The notes beneath the pieces were generated by a model. It was given only the letters and a program-made list of their open reading frames with translations. It had not been told where the DNA came from and made no database searches. A stretch of DNA of 64,000 bases. It comes from Mobula hypostoma (taxonomy: Eukaryota). The position numbers were made by a program, and so were the translations under genes. Of this stretch, positions 25,156 to 39,209 are shown piece after piece (positions within the stretch are counted from its first letter, which is position 1; each line of letters starts with the position of its first letter). The stretch covers positions 15,626,001-15,690,000 of the forward strand of contig NC_086118.1 in NCBI RefSeq assembly GCF_963921235.1, read 5' to 3'.

Positions 25156-28100
25156 TTGCTTTTTTGTTTTTAAATCTTTTTATTAATTTTCAGGTTCATA
25201 AACATAATAACAGTATTAATACAAAGAGATTGGAATTACATTATTGGTAATAGACATATGCAAGTAAAACTACAGATAATAGAAGTATAATAGACCTCCC
25301 AAACTCTTGATACAGTTAATCATGATAAAAGGAAAAATGAAAAAAAATCACAAGAAAAAAAAACCCTAAGTAACAAAAAACTAAGAAAAACAAACTAAAC
25401 TGAACTAAACTAAACCAAAAACCGATCTAGACAAAACAAAACAAGGCTGGGCTAATATATTACATCGAATACAATCATTAAAGTCGTCAATTCCGCTCCT
25501 CTATTCATGTATTCTAGATTAATAAAAAGGATTTGGAAAAGGTCAATTACATCATATGAAAGTGTTCAATAAATGGCTTCCAAGTCTCTTCAAATTTAAC
25601 CGAAGGATCAAAAATGACACTTCTAATTTTTTATAAATTTAAACATGATATAGTTTGGGAAAACCATTGAAATATAGTAGGGGGATTGGTCTCTTTCCAA
25701 TTCAATAAAATGGATCTTCTAGCCATTAATGTAACAAATGTGATCATACGACAAGCTGAAGAGGATAAAGAACTATGTTCCATCATTGGTAAACCAAAAA
25801 TTGCAGTAATAGGGTGAGGGTGTAAATCAATGCGCAAAACTGTTGAAATAATATCAAAAATATCTTTCCAAAATTTTTCCAAAAGAGGGCAAGAACAGAA
25901 CATATGAGTCACAGAAGCTACCTCGGAGTGACATCTGTCACAAGCAGGATTTATATGGGAGTAAAAATGAGCTAGTTTATCTTTAGACATGTGAGCCCTC
26001 TGCACCACCTTATATTGTATCAACGTATGTTTAGCACATATAGAGGAAAAGCTAACTAATTGAAAATTTTTCTCCCATTTCTCTATAGGAAAGTGAAGTT
26101 GAAGTTCACTTTCCCATTCATTTTTAATTTTATCAGGTATACCTGGCTGTATTTTCATAATTATATCATAAATAGTTGTTATTAAACCCTTCTGATAAGG
26201 ATTTAAACCTAAATTTTTTTCCGTGACATCAGTTGAGTATGAAGTCAGAAAAGTAGGTAGCATAATATTTTAAAAGTTTCTTATTTGTAACTATCTAAAA
26301 AAATGGGATCTAGGCAAATTATATTTATTGGATAACTGTTAGAAAAATAGAAACCATAGAGAAACTACAGCACAGAAACAGGCCTTTTGGCCCTTCTTGG
26401 CTGTGTCGAACTATTTTCTGCCTAGATCCACTGACCTGCACACGGACCATATCCCTCCATACACCTTCCATTCATGTATCTGTCCAATTTATTCTTAAAT
26501 GTTAAAAAAGAACCCACATTTACCACCTCGTCTGGTAGCTCATTCCATACTCCCACCACTCTCTGCGTGAAGAACCCCCCGCTAATGTTCCCTTTAAACT
26601 TTCCCCCCCTCACCCTTAACCCATGTCCCCCGGTATTTTTCTCCCCTCGCCTCAGTGGAAAAAGCCTGCCTGCATTCACTCTATCTACACCCATCATAAT
26701 TTTATATATTTCTATCAAATCTCCCCTCATTCTTCTACGCTCCAGGGAATAAAGTCCTAACCTATTCAACCTCTCTCTGTAATTGAGTTTCTCAAGTCAA
26801 ATCTGAACACAATACTCGAGATTCGGCCTCACCAATGCCTTATATAACCTCATCATAACGTTCCACCTCTTATACTCAATACTTTGATTAATAAAGGCCA
26901 ATCTAGCAAAAGCTCTCTTTACGACCCTATCTACCTGTGATGCCACTTTTAGGGAATTTTGTATCTGTATTCCCAGATCCCTCTGTTCTACTGCACTCCT
27001 CAGTGCCTTACCATTTATCCTGTATGTTCTACTTTGGTTTGTCCTTCCAAAGTGCAATACTTCACACTTGTCTGTATTAAACTCCATCTGCCATTTTTCA
27101 GCCCATTTTTCCAGCCGGTCCAAGTCCCTCTGCAGGCTCTGAAAACCTTCCTCACTGTCCACTATACCTCCAATCTTTGTATCATCAGCAAATTTGCTGA
27201 TCCAATTTACATTATCATCCAGATCATTGATATAGATGACAAATAACAATGGATCCAGCACTGATCCCTGTGGCACACCACTATTCACAGGCCTCCACTC
27301 AGAGAAGCAATTCTCTACCACCACTCTCTGGCTTCTTCCATCGAGCCAATGTCTAATCCAATTTACCACCTCTCCATGTATACCTAGCGACTGAATTTTC
27401 CTAACTAACCTCCCATGCGGGACCTTGTCAAAGGCCTTACTGAAGTCCATGTAGAGAACATCCACTGCCTTCCCTTCATCCACTGCCTTTCATCGAGAAA
27501 ATAGCATCCTTTATTTCTTCTTCCATAATAGGTGTATCTAATTTTAATCAAAAGACTTGAAACGGTTATCCAAGAATAAATCACAAAAACATGTTATACC
27601 CTTCATTTTCCATATCATAAAGGCTTGATCCATAACAGAGGGTTGGAAAAAAAATTAGATATAATAGGGCTTGATAAAATAAATTTCTTCAAACCAAAAA
27701 AATTATGAAATTGAAACCATATTCGTAATGTATGTTTAACTATTGGATTAACCATTAGTTTATTCAATTTAGAGAGAACAAAGGGAAGCGAAGTTCCTAA
27801 AATAGAAACCAATGAGAACCCTTGTACAGAGTAACATTCAAGGTTTACCCATTGTGGACTTCGGATTATATCCCAATCTTGTGCCCAAAATATTAAATAT
27901 CGAATATTAATTGTCCAGTAATAAAATGTTAAATTCGGTACTGCCAAGCCACCGTCTTTTTTGGACTTCTGTAAGTATTTTTTACTTAATCTGGGATTTT
28001 TATTCTGCCATATATAAGAGGAAATTTTAGAATCAACAGTATCAAAAAAGGATTTAGGAATAAAAATTGGTATCGCTTGAAATAGATATAAAAATTTAGG

Positions 28101-31100
28101 TAGACTAATCATTTTAATAGCATTGATTTGGCCGATCAGTGATAAAGACAATGGGGACCATTTAGTAAACAATTGTTTAATCTGATTAATTAACGGTAAA
28201 AAATTGAGCTTAAATAAGTCCTTATGCTTCTTGGTAATTGTAACACCCAGATAAGTAAAATAGTTAATAATCAATCTAAATGGTGAACGTCTATAAATGG
28301 GAACCTGCATATTTAATGGAAAGAGTTCACTCTTACTAAGATTCAATTTGCAGCCAGAAAAGTTACTAAACTGAGCAAGCAGAGCTAATATCGCCGGAAT
28401 GGATTTCTCAGGGTTAGAGATATATAATAATAAATCATCTGCATATAGTGATAACTTGTGTATCTCATTCCTGCGGGTAATGCCAAGTATATTAGGTGAG
28501 TCACGAATAGCAATAGCTAAAGGTTCCAGGGTGATATCGAATAATAATGGACTAAGAGGGCAACCCTGCTTAGTACCACGAAATATATGAAAAAAGGAAG
28601 ATCTTTGATTATTGGTAAATACCGAAGCAGAAGGGGTAAGGTATATCAATTTAATCCAAGATATAAATATCGAACTAAAATTGAATTTCTCAAGCATATT
28701 AAACAAATATGTCCATTCAACTCTGTCAAAAGCTTTCACAGCGTCCAGTGAAATGACACATTCTGGAGTTCTAGGTGAAGAAGTATAAACAACATCTCCT
28801 AATATTAAAGGAATAACGATTTTTAATAAATCCAGTCTGGTCAACAGAAATAATTTGAGGCAATACATTCTCCAGTCTAGTTGCTAGTATTTTAGAAAAA
28901 AATCTTGGAATCAACATTCAGCAAGGATATAGGCCTATATGATGCACATTCAATAGGATCCTTACCTTTTCTAAGAATTAGGGAAATAGCAGCTCGATAA
29001 AAAGATTGTGATAATTTACCTATAAATACTGCATCCTTAAAGATTCTACATAACCAAGGAGAAAGTATAATAGAAAAGGAGTTTAAAAATTCTACTGTAT
29101 AGCCATCTGGACCAGGTGCTTTACCTGAATTCATTGAGGAAATAGCATCCTTTATTTCTTCTTCCATAATCGGTGCATCTAATTTTAAACATTCATTGGG
29201 TGGTAATTTTGGAATATTCAATTTCCTCAAAAAATTCATGCATTATAGTGGGGTCATCAGGAAATTCTGATTGATATAAAGAAGTATAAAATTCTTGAAA
29301 TCATTTGTTTATCTCATCATGATCAACCGTCAGAGTACAATCTCTTTTACGAATCTTAATGATCTGGCATTTAACCGAAGCAGTTTTCAATTGATTAGCC
29401 AGTAATTTCCCAGATTTATCACCACGTATATAAAACTGACTCCTAGTTTTAATTAATTGATTTTCAATCAAGGATAATAGTAATAGACTATGCTCCATTT
29501 GAAGTTCGACTCTCTCTTTATAAAGCTCCCTATTGGGAGCAATAGAATATTTCCTGTCAATTTCTTTAATCTTGTCAGCCAGCATAAGTATTTCATTATT
29601 AATTCACTTTTTCAGTCCAGCAGAATATGAAATAATTTGTCCAGGGATATATGCTTTAAAAGTATCCCATAATACCCCGCTGGAAATTTCTTCCGTAAAA
29701 TTCGTTGCAAAGAAAATGTCAATCTGTTCCTCAATAAAGTTGACAAAGTCCGAGTCCTGAAGCAGAGTAGTATTGAACCGCCATTGTCTAGTGCTAGAAG
29801 ATGTATCCATTAACTTAATAGATAGTTTCAATGGCGCATGATTGGAAAAAGCAATGGAATCATAGTTGCAGTCAATAACAAATGGAATTAAAGGAGAATC
29901 AATAAGGAAGTAATCAATTCCAGAATAATGATGATTTATACATGAGAAAAGAATGAAAACTCTTTATCCTTGGTATTTAAAAGTCTCCAAATTTCTGAAA
30001 CTCCAGAGTCAACCATAAAAGAATTGAAAAGAGTAGCCGATTTGTTCGGGTGTACCTGATTAGACACAGATCCATCCATCAAGGGATTTAAACAACAGTT
30101 AAAATTTCCACCCATTATCAACATATAAATTAGGAAGGGATGTAAAGAGATGCTTAAAAATTCAGGATAATCAACATTTGGAGCGTAAACATTGACCATG
30201 AAAACTTTTTTTTGTTAAAAAGCAAATCAGTAATTAACAAAAATATACCATTCGGATCTGAAATTGAAGAATCTATAAAAATAAAAACACCTTTCACTTT
30301 GGCCTGAGAATTTGAATGATATTTTTAATCCTTCCAAAACCTTAAAAAATGCGGATTATCCTCTTTCTGCACATGAGTTTCTCGTGCAAAGATAATATGA
30401 GCATTCATTCCATGGATTACTTTAAAAATGTTTTTCCATTTAATTGGGTGGTTTAAACCATTTGTATTCTAAGAAACAAAATTAATAACCTTATCCATAG
30501 TACTGAAATTGAGCATATGGTACGTAAAGTGTTAACCAGAATGCAAACTCATGGCCCCGGAAGAGGAAGAAAGGTTCAAAGAGGAAGCGGAAGTTGCGAC
30601 ATTTCAGACATTTCAGTAGTTTCGAGTTAGCTTATTTGAAAAAAAATCTAAACTAAAAATAAAAATGAAATTACCTCCTCCCCCCACAAAAACCCGAAAA
30701 AAGGCCAAAAGATGGCCAGTGCTAAATCTAATGCTAAATCTAACCCTATCTCTCCAGAAGGCAACCCAAAAGATATGTTTTTCTTTAAAAAAAACACCCT
30801 TAGTCAAAAAAGTAAAAAAAGATATTACCATAAATGTAAAAAAAACGATTACAACAATTGCAAACATACAACAGAGTACCTTCTTACTCAAATTTCAAAA
30901 AAGAAACCAAGCACCGATTCATATTATTAGTTCTTTTCAAACACAAATGATTGAAAATAACACACCGAAAAAAATAAAGTCCTATGAGAGGAAGAAAGTG
31001 AGACGCCATCTTAAGATGTAAAAAAGCAGAATACTTCCCCAATAAAGTTTCAAAAGAAAGAAAAATCAAACACTGAACCTACTACTTACTCTCAAAAGCA

Positions 31101-32308
31101 GAAAGATTAAAAGTAAAAAAAATTTTAAAAAACAGAATCACTTAAGAAAGAAGAAAACTTTTATCCAAAAATACAAAAAATACCTACACTACAAACCCAA
31201 GGCAAAAGCCCTCAGATTATAAAATTCCAAAACTGTAAGCTAGTTATTAGCTTTCTTTAAAAAAAAAAGCAAGTAAGAACAAAGACAAAAAAAAACCAGT
31301 CTATTAATTAGTCCGTAGCAGAGGAACGCTGATTGTCAAGAAAATTTTGAGCTTCATCCGGAGAATTAAACAGATGACGAGAGTTATCGGTAAGAACAAC
31401 TCTCAACCACGCTGGAAACAGCAATGCTGGTTTAAGGCCTTTTTGATAAAATTCTGACATCTGTGGTTTAAAAGATATCGACTTCCTCAGAACTTCAGGA
31501 CTGAAATCTTCGACAAGACAAAATTTGAAACTTTGAAATTCGATCATACCTTTCCGCTGGGCAGCTCATATCACACGATCCTTAATGTGAGCATAATGGA
31601 ACTGAATAATAATGGGTCTCGGTTTAGATTCCCTGGGAGGTTTGGGCGTGATTGAGCAATGGAGGGGCCTCCAAAGCTTCTGAACCAAACACATCCATTA
31701 AAAATTGAGAAAAGTATTTGGTAGGATCGCCCATCTCGATATCTTCTGGAAGCCCGATTATCCGCAATTTCTGTCACCGGGATCGATTTTCAAGATCGAT
31801 AAACTTGGATTTATAACATTCCAACATATGGGATGTTGACGCTACATTTTTTTCCAGGGCTTCAATCTTTCGTTCTCTCTGCCGACCGGCTTCATCCAGT
31901 TCTGAAATTCTAGTTTGCTGTTGATCAATTTCATGTCTAAACAATTTAATGTTATTTTGAACCGTCTTCAAAACTTCTTCAAACACAGCAAATCTTTGGT
32001 TAAGTTTTTCCTGTAGAAGATTAGAGACTGTTTCAAAAGTTAATGGAATTTGCTTAGATGCTTTAGGATCGCCATCTTTAATTTTTCTGTTGCCGTTGGA
32101 GTCTTTTCCATTTTTAACTTCTCATCCTCTGGTCTGCATTTCCAGCCAGTTAAAATCGAAGTTCAAAGATATATCTGTGGTATAAACCCTTTAGTGTAGG
32201 TGTAAACAGAATAAATAAGGTGATTACGGGTAAAAAAAAAAGTAAAGGGAATGGAGCAAAGCCAAAATGTACCTCACACCATGAGCACCTCCTGGAGAGT
32301 CCACAATT
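25156..32308 (-). mobile_element. Full-length decayed L1-clade LINE (ORF1 ~31308-32100; ORF2 ~25580-30500)
   Basis: ORF1 DLENRSR and KPALLFPA motifs; ORF2 NVYAPN, WRFN, KAPGPDG, YRPISLLN, QGCPLSPLLF, YADD and C-terminal CDRC..H..C; A-rich tail on -; probable TSD CAAATCC at 25149-25155 and 32309-32315. Confidence 0.93.
26340..27485 (-). mobile_element. CR1-type LINE RT/3' fragment nested in the L1
   Basis: ORF 26797-27483 DFSKAFDKVPH, GVPQGSVL, KFADDTK. Confidence 0.93.
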
Positions 32309-32851
32309 CAAATCCGAGTCCAGGCTCCGTGTCCAAGTCAAGTCCCAGTCCAGGCTCTGTGTCCAAGCCAAGTCCGAGTCCAGGCTCTGAGTCCAAGTCA
32401 AGTCCGAGTCCCAGCTCCATGTCCAATTAAGTCCAAGTCCAGGCTCTGAGTCCAGTCAAGTCCAAGTCCAGGCCCTGTGTCCAAGTCAAGTCCGAGTCCA
32501 GTCTCCATGTCCGAGTCCAGTCTCCATGTCCGAGTCCAGGTTCCACGTCCAAGTCCAAGTTCAAGTCCAGGTCCCGTGTCCAAATCCAATTCCAAGTCCA
32601 GGTCCCGTGTCCGAGTCCAAGTCCCGGTTCCGCGTCCGCGCCAAGTCCAAGTCCAGGGCTCTCCGGTTTGTTGTCCAACGCTTATGTCTATGTAAGCATC
32701 TAATCCTCGCTCTCCGGCCTTCCTGGCAACTATTAACAAAATACACTTCTGTTAATGTTACCTCCGTGTCTCTGTCCTGCACTTTGGGTCTGCTTCCAAC
32801 GCTCCATTGTAACAGAATCACTTTTCAATTGTCTCCTATCCACTATATTCT

Positions 32852-33415
32852 CGGGGTGTATGGGATGTCAGGGAGGGGTAGCACCTCTGGTGGGGGAGCA
32901 TGTCGCGTCCTTTTCAGGGTGGCTTGTCCACCTTTGGTCCCCACCTGGCACTCAGCTCTCACCTGTGGCTCCCCGTAGCTGTTTGCATGCGACAGCGGCC
33001 ACACCCCGGGCAACGGCTTCGACAAGCCGGCTAAACCAGGTGAAGGTAGCTGACGGGTCTCAAACCCTCGGTGAAAAAGGGAGTTGTCTATCCCAGCATG
33101 TGAAGACAGACTCCGGCGGACTGAGCGGACGAGACCAACGGAAGGTCGAACGGTCAAGAAGGTGGTCTCTGCAAGCGTTGTGGAAAGTGTAGAGCAGAAC
33201 ACAGAAGATGTCCTGGTCATTCACTGCGCCTAGTCCCATCTCCAGCCGTCTCTCGACTCTTGTCTTGCCGCTGGATCCAGATGGGAATTGGGAAGAGAGA
33301 GTGAGGCTGACGCTGCACAACTCTCCCTCACTTAAATCCAAATCACGCGCTGGTCTCGACATCATCATAATGGTGTCGAGGTCTTCATCGATGACATCGA
33401 TGGACGAACAACAAC
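32852..33415 (+). mobile_element. Short non-autonomous retroposon (RTE/SINE-like) with (AAC)n tail
   Basis: GC-rich insert ending AACAACAAC, flanked by ATATTCT at 32845-32851 and 33416-33422. Confidence 0.6.
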
Positions 33416-36314
33416 ATATTCTTTCTTAAATAAGGGATAAAACTGTACACATTGAACCTAAAACTGCATTTCGTGCCAGAAAATAAAACAAAATACAGAA
33501 ATAATAGTCCAGGAAATAACAAAAAGACAAATCTGCAAATTGTGAGTTATATAAAGTGAATATGCTAACATCTTGTTAAACAGGTTATATATACATTGGT
33601 TACGTGAAATGAATAAGCTGTTCTGGAATGCTCTATTTATGATCCAACCATGCATTGAATTATTGGTAATTAAATTTTCAGCAAAATTCAATATATTCTT
33701 GAGATTGGAAACTGTGGACAAATAATCAGTTTTGCCTTATTACGGCAGGATGAAATAGCTAGAATTATAAACACATTAAGTGAACAATCAGATGGGTGCC
33801 ACAGTGGTACAGCAAAAAGGGCCTTAGGAGGACAGAGACTCCAATTTAATCCTGACCATGGACACTGCCTCTGTGGAGCATGCACCTTTCCCATTACACC
33901 ATGGATTTCCTCCATGCTTCCTCCAACATCCTAAAGATGTTAGGATGGTAGATTAATTGGTCCTTGCAATTTTCCCCAAATATATAGTTGAGTGGTGGCA
34001 CCTGGGTGAAATTCATGACATTGTGAGGGAATAAAACATGTGGTTAATATAGGATTAGTGTACATGGCTGGCAGATGGCTGGTGTAGACTTGAGGAGTTG
34101 AAGGGCCCGTTTCTGTGTTGTATCTCTCTATGAATTCATGACATCCTTAAAATGACAAACTATCATTCCATGTGCAATGTCTTAAGGAAGAGATCTAAAT
34201 ACTTTGCACATGGTATTCAAATGTAAGTGTCAAGTTACAGGATATTCAATTCCAAATAGATTTATATTTCAGTCTGAAATGTAAACGCAACCTGCTAATG
34301 CTATCAATCGCCATAATATTTGCACCATCTACAGTTTTGTAGCTAATGTAAGGCAGTCTTCAAAATATATATATAGGTTTTGAGGTGTTATACAAGAATT
34401 AAAAAGATTTTTTTAATAAAATTATAGATCAATTTAAAGTTAGTTTATTTAAACCTCTGTTTGATGGAATTTCTCCTCCCTATATCTAAAATGGTCCCCC
34501 AAAGCAGATTCACTCAAAAACAGTGTCAAATTTATATGTTCATAAACGACACACAATCTACTTCATTTTAGCTCTTGCTCCTAAATTATCAGATGGCTAC
34601 CCAAAATATAACAATGGGTGAATAGAAATGTTTTCATATAAATTTTGGGAAGATCAAAGACATATCACAAACTCTGTTTCCCAAACACCGACTCCATCCT
34701 TCTCACTGGTCCCTGTGTGAGACTGAACTAGGCTGTCCGTATCCTTAATGGCTGCTTTGACCCAGAGTTGAGACTATATGCTATGTTATTGCTGTTTCTA
34801 CCTCTATTTCCACCTTCAGAATATCACCTTACTCCACTTTTATTTTTATTTCATTCTGTTAATAATGCAGTATATGAACAAGACCATCCAATGTTCTGTG
34901 CTCTGCTTTCTGGCTCCCATGATCTCACTCACTCCATGCTGAATGTCAAGCATCCATTTACACTAATCCTATTCTCATCATATTGAGTTCTCCTCATATT
35001 CCCATCAATTGCACCAAGATACTACCACTCACCAAATGTTACAAGAATTTTATAGTGGCCAATTAACTTACCAATTCACATGTTTTGGCATGTTGGAGGA
35101 AACCAGAGATGCTCCCTCAAGTTTTGCAGAAGTGCCTTTTTGTGATGGAGAAAGCTTACTTCAAGATCCAAGGAGCATGAAGGGGCAACAGTAGAGTCCA
35201 GATGAACATCATTGTTCATGATCCTTGTTTTGTTGAAAATCATTCTTGTAAATGTCAATTGCAATGCCTGGCTTTCTTTGACAACTTTATTGGTGGAAAG
35301 GGCTCTATAAGGAGATTTGAATTTCAGCCAAGTTTAGGTCTTTAACTGCAGTGAAAAAAAAAGGTCAAGTTAACTTTAAATTATCTGAAATGAAATAAAC
35401 ATATTAGGTGATTATTGGAAGCATGAAAATTTATAAGAAATGTTACTATATTTATAAACATGAAGCTTTATTAACTATCAAATGCCCAGTCTAATTAAGG
35501 TGACATACTCTGCTTCTCAAACTTCTGTGCTGAAACTATTTTACATAGTCTTCAAGAACAGACACTGGTTTGGAGAATTGTGGAATGACACATAATGGCA
35601 TTTTCATTAATGAAATCTGTCATTGAACAGGTGTCACCAGACCAGTAAGTAAATTATTTACTTAGAGGTTTTTGCAGACCTGGGCGACTTTTTGCAGTTT
35701 ATCAGCAAAAGTTTAAATCTCCTGATCTCATGTCTCTTTCTACCTTTTCAAGTTGGCTGGGGTCCTGTTGGAGCCCGTGATCTACAGCTACACTCAAACT
35801 AGGTTCTTTATAGGCTGTGGGTTTGCTCTCAGAACTCACCAACTGGCCTGGCGTTTCGGTATTTCCAGGAGCGGCTTGGAAGACATGAGTGCCCGGGATA
35901 TGGCACTGTAGACGACCCAATTCCTCACCAATGTCACTGATAGAAACATCAAGGGAAACTGAAACATCGAGACAGTGGGTACAGCTGTCAATGGTGAGAG
36001 AGCGTCTGCTGGTTCTCGAGTCGGGGGAAACTCAAATAAGCGATGCTGAAAGTTGTGACATTGAAACAGTGAGCTGTTGTCCTCCCCTCTCGCTGTGGCA
36101 GGAGTGATATCTCTCCCTCCCTCATTAGTGAGAGAGAGAGAGAGAGAGCCAGTTGAGATGTTAAAGTGTTGCGATGGACAGCAGTTTTTGATGGACTCTA
36201 CATCATAGTTTCCTGGGGCTTACTATTCCTTGCATGGTTGGTGATGGGGGCTGATGCTTTTTGCTGGAGCGAGTGGGGTGAAGGGTGAAGGGCAAGGGCT
36301 GATGCTTTTGCTAT

Positions 36315-37870
36315 CAGAGTCAGAATCAGGTTTATTAACACTGGCATGTGACGTGAAATTTGTTAATTTAGTAGCAGCAGTTCAATGCAATACATACCAC
36401 AGAAGGAAATAAATAAATAAATAAATCAATCAATCAATCAATCAATCTATCTATCTTATAGTATAGGTATATTGAATAGATTAAAAATCATGCAAAAACA
36501 GAAATACTATATATTAAAAAAAAAGTGAGGTAGTGTCCAAGGGTTTAATGTCCATTTAGGAATCGGATGGGAGAGGGGAAGAAGCTGTTCCTGAATCACT
36601 AAGTGTGTGCCTTCAGGCTTCTGTACCTCCTACCTGACGGTAACAGTGAGAAAAGGGCATGGCCTGAGTGCTGGAGGTCATTAATAATGGACGCTGCCTT
36701 TCTGAGACACCACTCCCTAAAGATGTCCTGGGTACTTTGTAGGCTAGTACCCAAGATGGAGCTGACTAAATTTACAACCCTCTGCAGCTTCTTTTGGTCC
36801 CGTGCAGTGATGCAGCCTGTCAGAATGCTCTCCAAGGTACATCTATAGAAGTTTTAGAGTGTATTTGTTGACATACCAAACCTCTTAAAATTCCTAATAA
36901 AGTATAACCGCTGTCTTGCCTTCTTTGTGACTGTTTCGATATGTTGGGACCAGGATAGGTCCTCAGACATCTTGACACACATGAACTTGTAACTGCTCAC
37001 TCTCTCCACTTCTGATCCCTCCATGAGGTTTGGTATGTGTTCCTTTATGTCTTACCCTTCCAGAAGTCCACAGTCAGCTCTTTCATCTCACTGATGTTCA
37101 GTGCCAGGTTGTTGCTGCAGCACCACTCCACTAGTTGGCGTATCTCACTCCTGTACGCCCTCTCCTCACCATCTGAGACTCTACCAACAATGGCTGTATA
37201 GTCAGGAAATTTATAGATGATATTTGAGCAATGCCTAGCCACACAGTCATGGGTATATCGAGAATAGAGCAGTAGGCTAAGCACACACCCCTGAGGTGCA
37301 CTAGTGTTGATCGTCAGCGAGGAGGAGATGTTATCACCAATCCGCACAGATTGTGGTCTTCCAGTTAGGAAGTTGAGGATCCAATTGCAGAGTGAATTAC
37401 AGAGGCCCAGGTTCTGCAGCTTCTTAATCAGGATTGTGCGAATGATGCTAATAAATGCTGAGCTTTAGTCAATGAACAGCATCCTGACATAGGTGTTTGT
37501 GTTGTCCAAGTGGTCTAAAGCCGTGTGGAGAGCCATTGAGACTGCGTCTGCCGTTGACCTATTGTGGCGATAGGCAAATTGCGACGGGTCCAGGTCTTTG
37601 CGGAGGCAGGAGTTCAGTCTAGTCATGACAAAGCATTTCATCACTGTCGATGTGAGTGCTACCAGGTGATAGCCATTAAGGCAGCTCACATTATTCTTCT
37701 TAGACACTGGTATAAACATTGCCTTTTTGAAGCAAGTGGGAACTTTGGCCCGTAGCAGTGAGAGGTTGAAAATGCCCTTTTATACTCTCACCAGTTGGAT
37801 GGTACAGGTTTTCAGTGCCTTACAAGGTACTCCATCGGGACCTTCTGCCTTGCGAGGGTTCACTCTCTAC
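36315..37870 (-). mobile_element. Rex1/Babar-like LINE 3' portion
   Basis: ORFs 37465-37719 ([20 protein letters not shown]), 37045-37347 (PQGCVLS), 36599-36835 (LPSGRRYRS). Confidence 0.88.
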
Positions 37871-37874
37871 TTCT

Positions 37875-38823
37875 TGTGTGTGGGAGGGGAAATGGAAGTT
37901 TTGGGGTTCTAAAATTTTTTAGTCATTCATTCTTTGTTTTTTTTCCCTCTGTTCCATGGATGTCTGTGATGAGCCAGGATTTTAGGATTGTGACCAAGTT
38001 ATCAGAAGATGCTGATAAAAGAGATAAGAGAGAGACAAATATGGGGGAAGCGTTCAAAATGCTAATAAGAGAGAGACGAGAGGGATTAACGAAAAGGAGA
38101 CACAGTTCCGAGTATTGTCCGAGACCGGTTGCTTTGAACCTGAACTGTTTGAAGTTTGATGGACAGGCGATACCCCAGCAGGGGGATAAAAGGAACAGGT
38201 TCGCTAAGGCAAGAGACACCACGACACCACGAGATAACAAGACCCTGGAAGTGTGGTGTGCCCCCACAAGTTGGTGGAAGTTTTGGAGGTCTGGTCGCGG
38301 GACCAACCATAGACGCACAGCGTGAGATGGTACGATCAGCGGGAACCTGGTGTGTGTGTCCACCCTTGCCCGGGTGCCGGGTTCACCGCAGAACCTGGTG
38401 TGTGTGTCCGCCCTTGCCTGGGTGCCGGTTCACCGCGGAAGAACGATCGTATCCGGAACAGAGGGGTCACAGTCAATGACCTCAGAAGACAATAAAAAGG
38501 GCTCGCCCAAAAGCTAACTGCAGAGGAACATCAAGGTCTGTCTGAATTCGATTTGCATATTATCATTCGCTCTCTCTCTCTCTCCAACGGCACAACAGCG
38601 ATTACTGCGAACTGTATTCAGCTGAACTGAACTCTGCGTCACTAGAGACTGATCATTTTACCCCTAGACTGCGATAGAGCTTGATTGATCCTATTATCCT
38701 AGTTCTGTGTACATGTGTGTTTATTCATTGCTACATTTATATCCCTACTATTAGAGTACTGTGTTACTTATTTCTTTAATAAAACTTCCTTAGTTCCGGT
38801 AATCCAGACTCCAACTAAGTGGC
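37875..38823 (+). mobile_element. Probable solo LTR
   Basis: CpG-rich block starting TG, internal ~48-bp direct repeat (GAACCTGGTGTGTGTGTCC...), AATAAA near the 3' end; no TSD confirmed. Confidence 0.45.
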
Positions 38824-39209
38824 ACACATCAAAGTTGCTGGTGAACGCAGCAGGCCAAGCAGCATCTATAGGAAGAGGCGCAGTCGACATTTCAGGCCGA
38901 GACCCTTCGTCAGGACTAATGCACTAAACAGCAGCTTCGATATCAATGTGGTTTTTAGCAAGAGTTGAAATATCTGATTCAAGTTGTGACAGCAAAAGCC
39001 TTAAGCCCCACGCGTAACAATGGTCAAGTGGCTTCTGTTTTCTTTGTGAGTATATAGTTTACTGCACCAAAGTCCCTATCAACAAGGTAGAAGTTTTGCT
39101 CTTCTCTAAAGACAAGGAAACTTCGTATGACAGTGAATCCACGTACCACAAAAACCGACAATTTTGAAATGCATTTTTGCTTCTTCATCATTCTGAATTT
39201 TGATAATTT

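Larger units (their letters stand above)
23425..32814 (+). mobile_element. Complete miniature LTR retroelement (TRIM-like); 3' LTR split by an L1
   Basis: 5' LTR 23425-24489 (TG...CA), internal 24490-24658, 3' LTR 24659-25155 plus 32309-32814; 5-bp TSD GAATC at 23420-23424 and 32815-32819. Confidence 0.9.

Noticed and set aside
35156..35345. Apparent minus-strand exon with a strong acceptor and GTAAGC donor
   Set aside because: All frames contain stops near the start, no protein similarity, and the + strand is better explained as an MYH e22 remnant; an antisense non-coding exon cannot be excluded without RNA data.
36408..36455. Compound (AAAT)n(CAAT)n(CTAT)n microsatellite
   Set aside because: Ordinary slippage repeat within a LINE 3' region.
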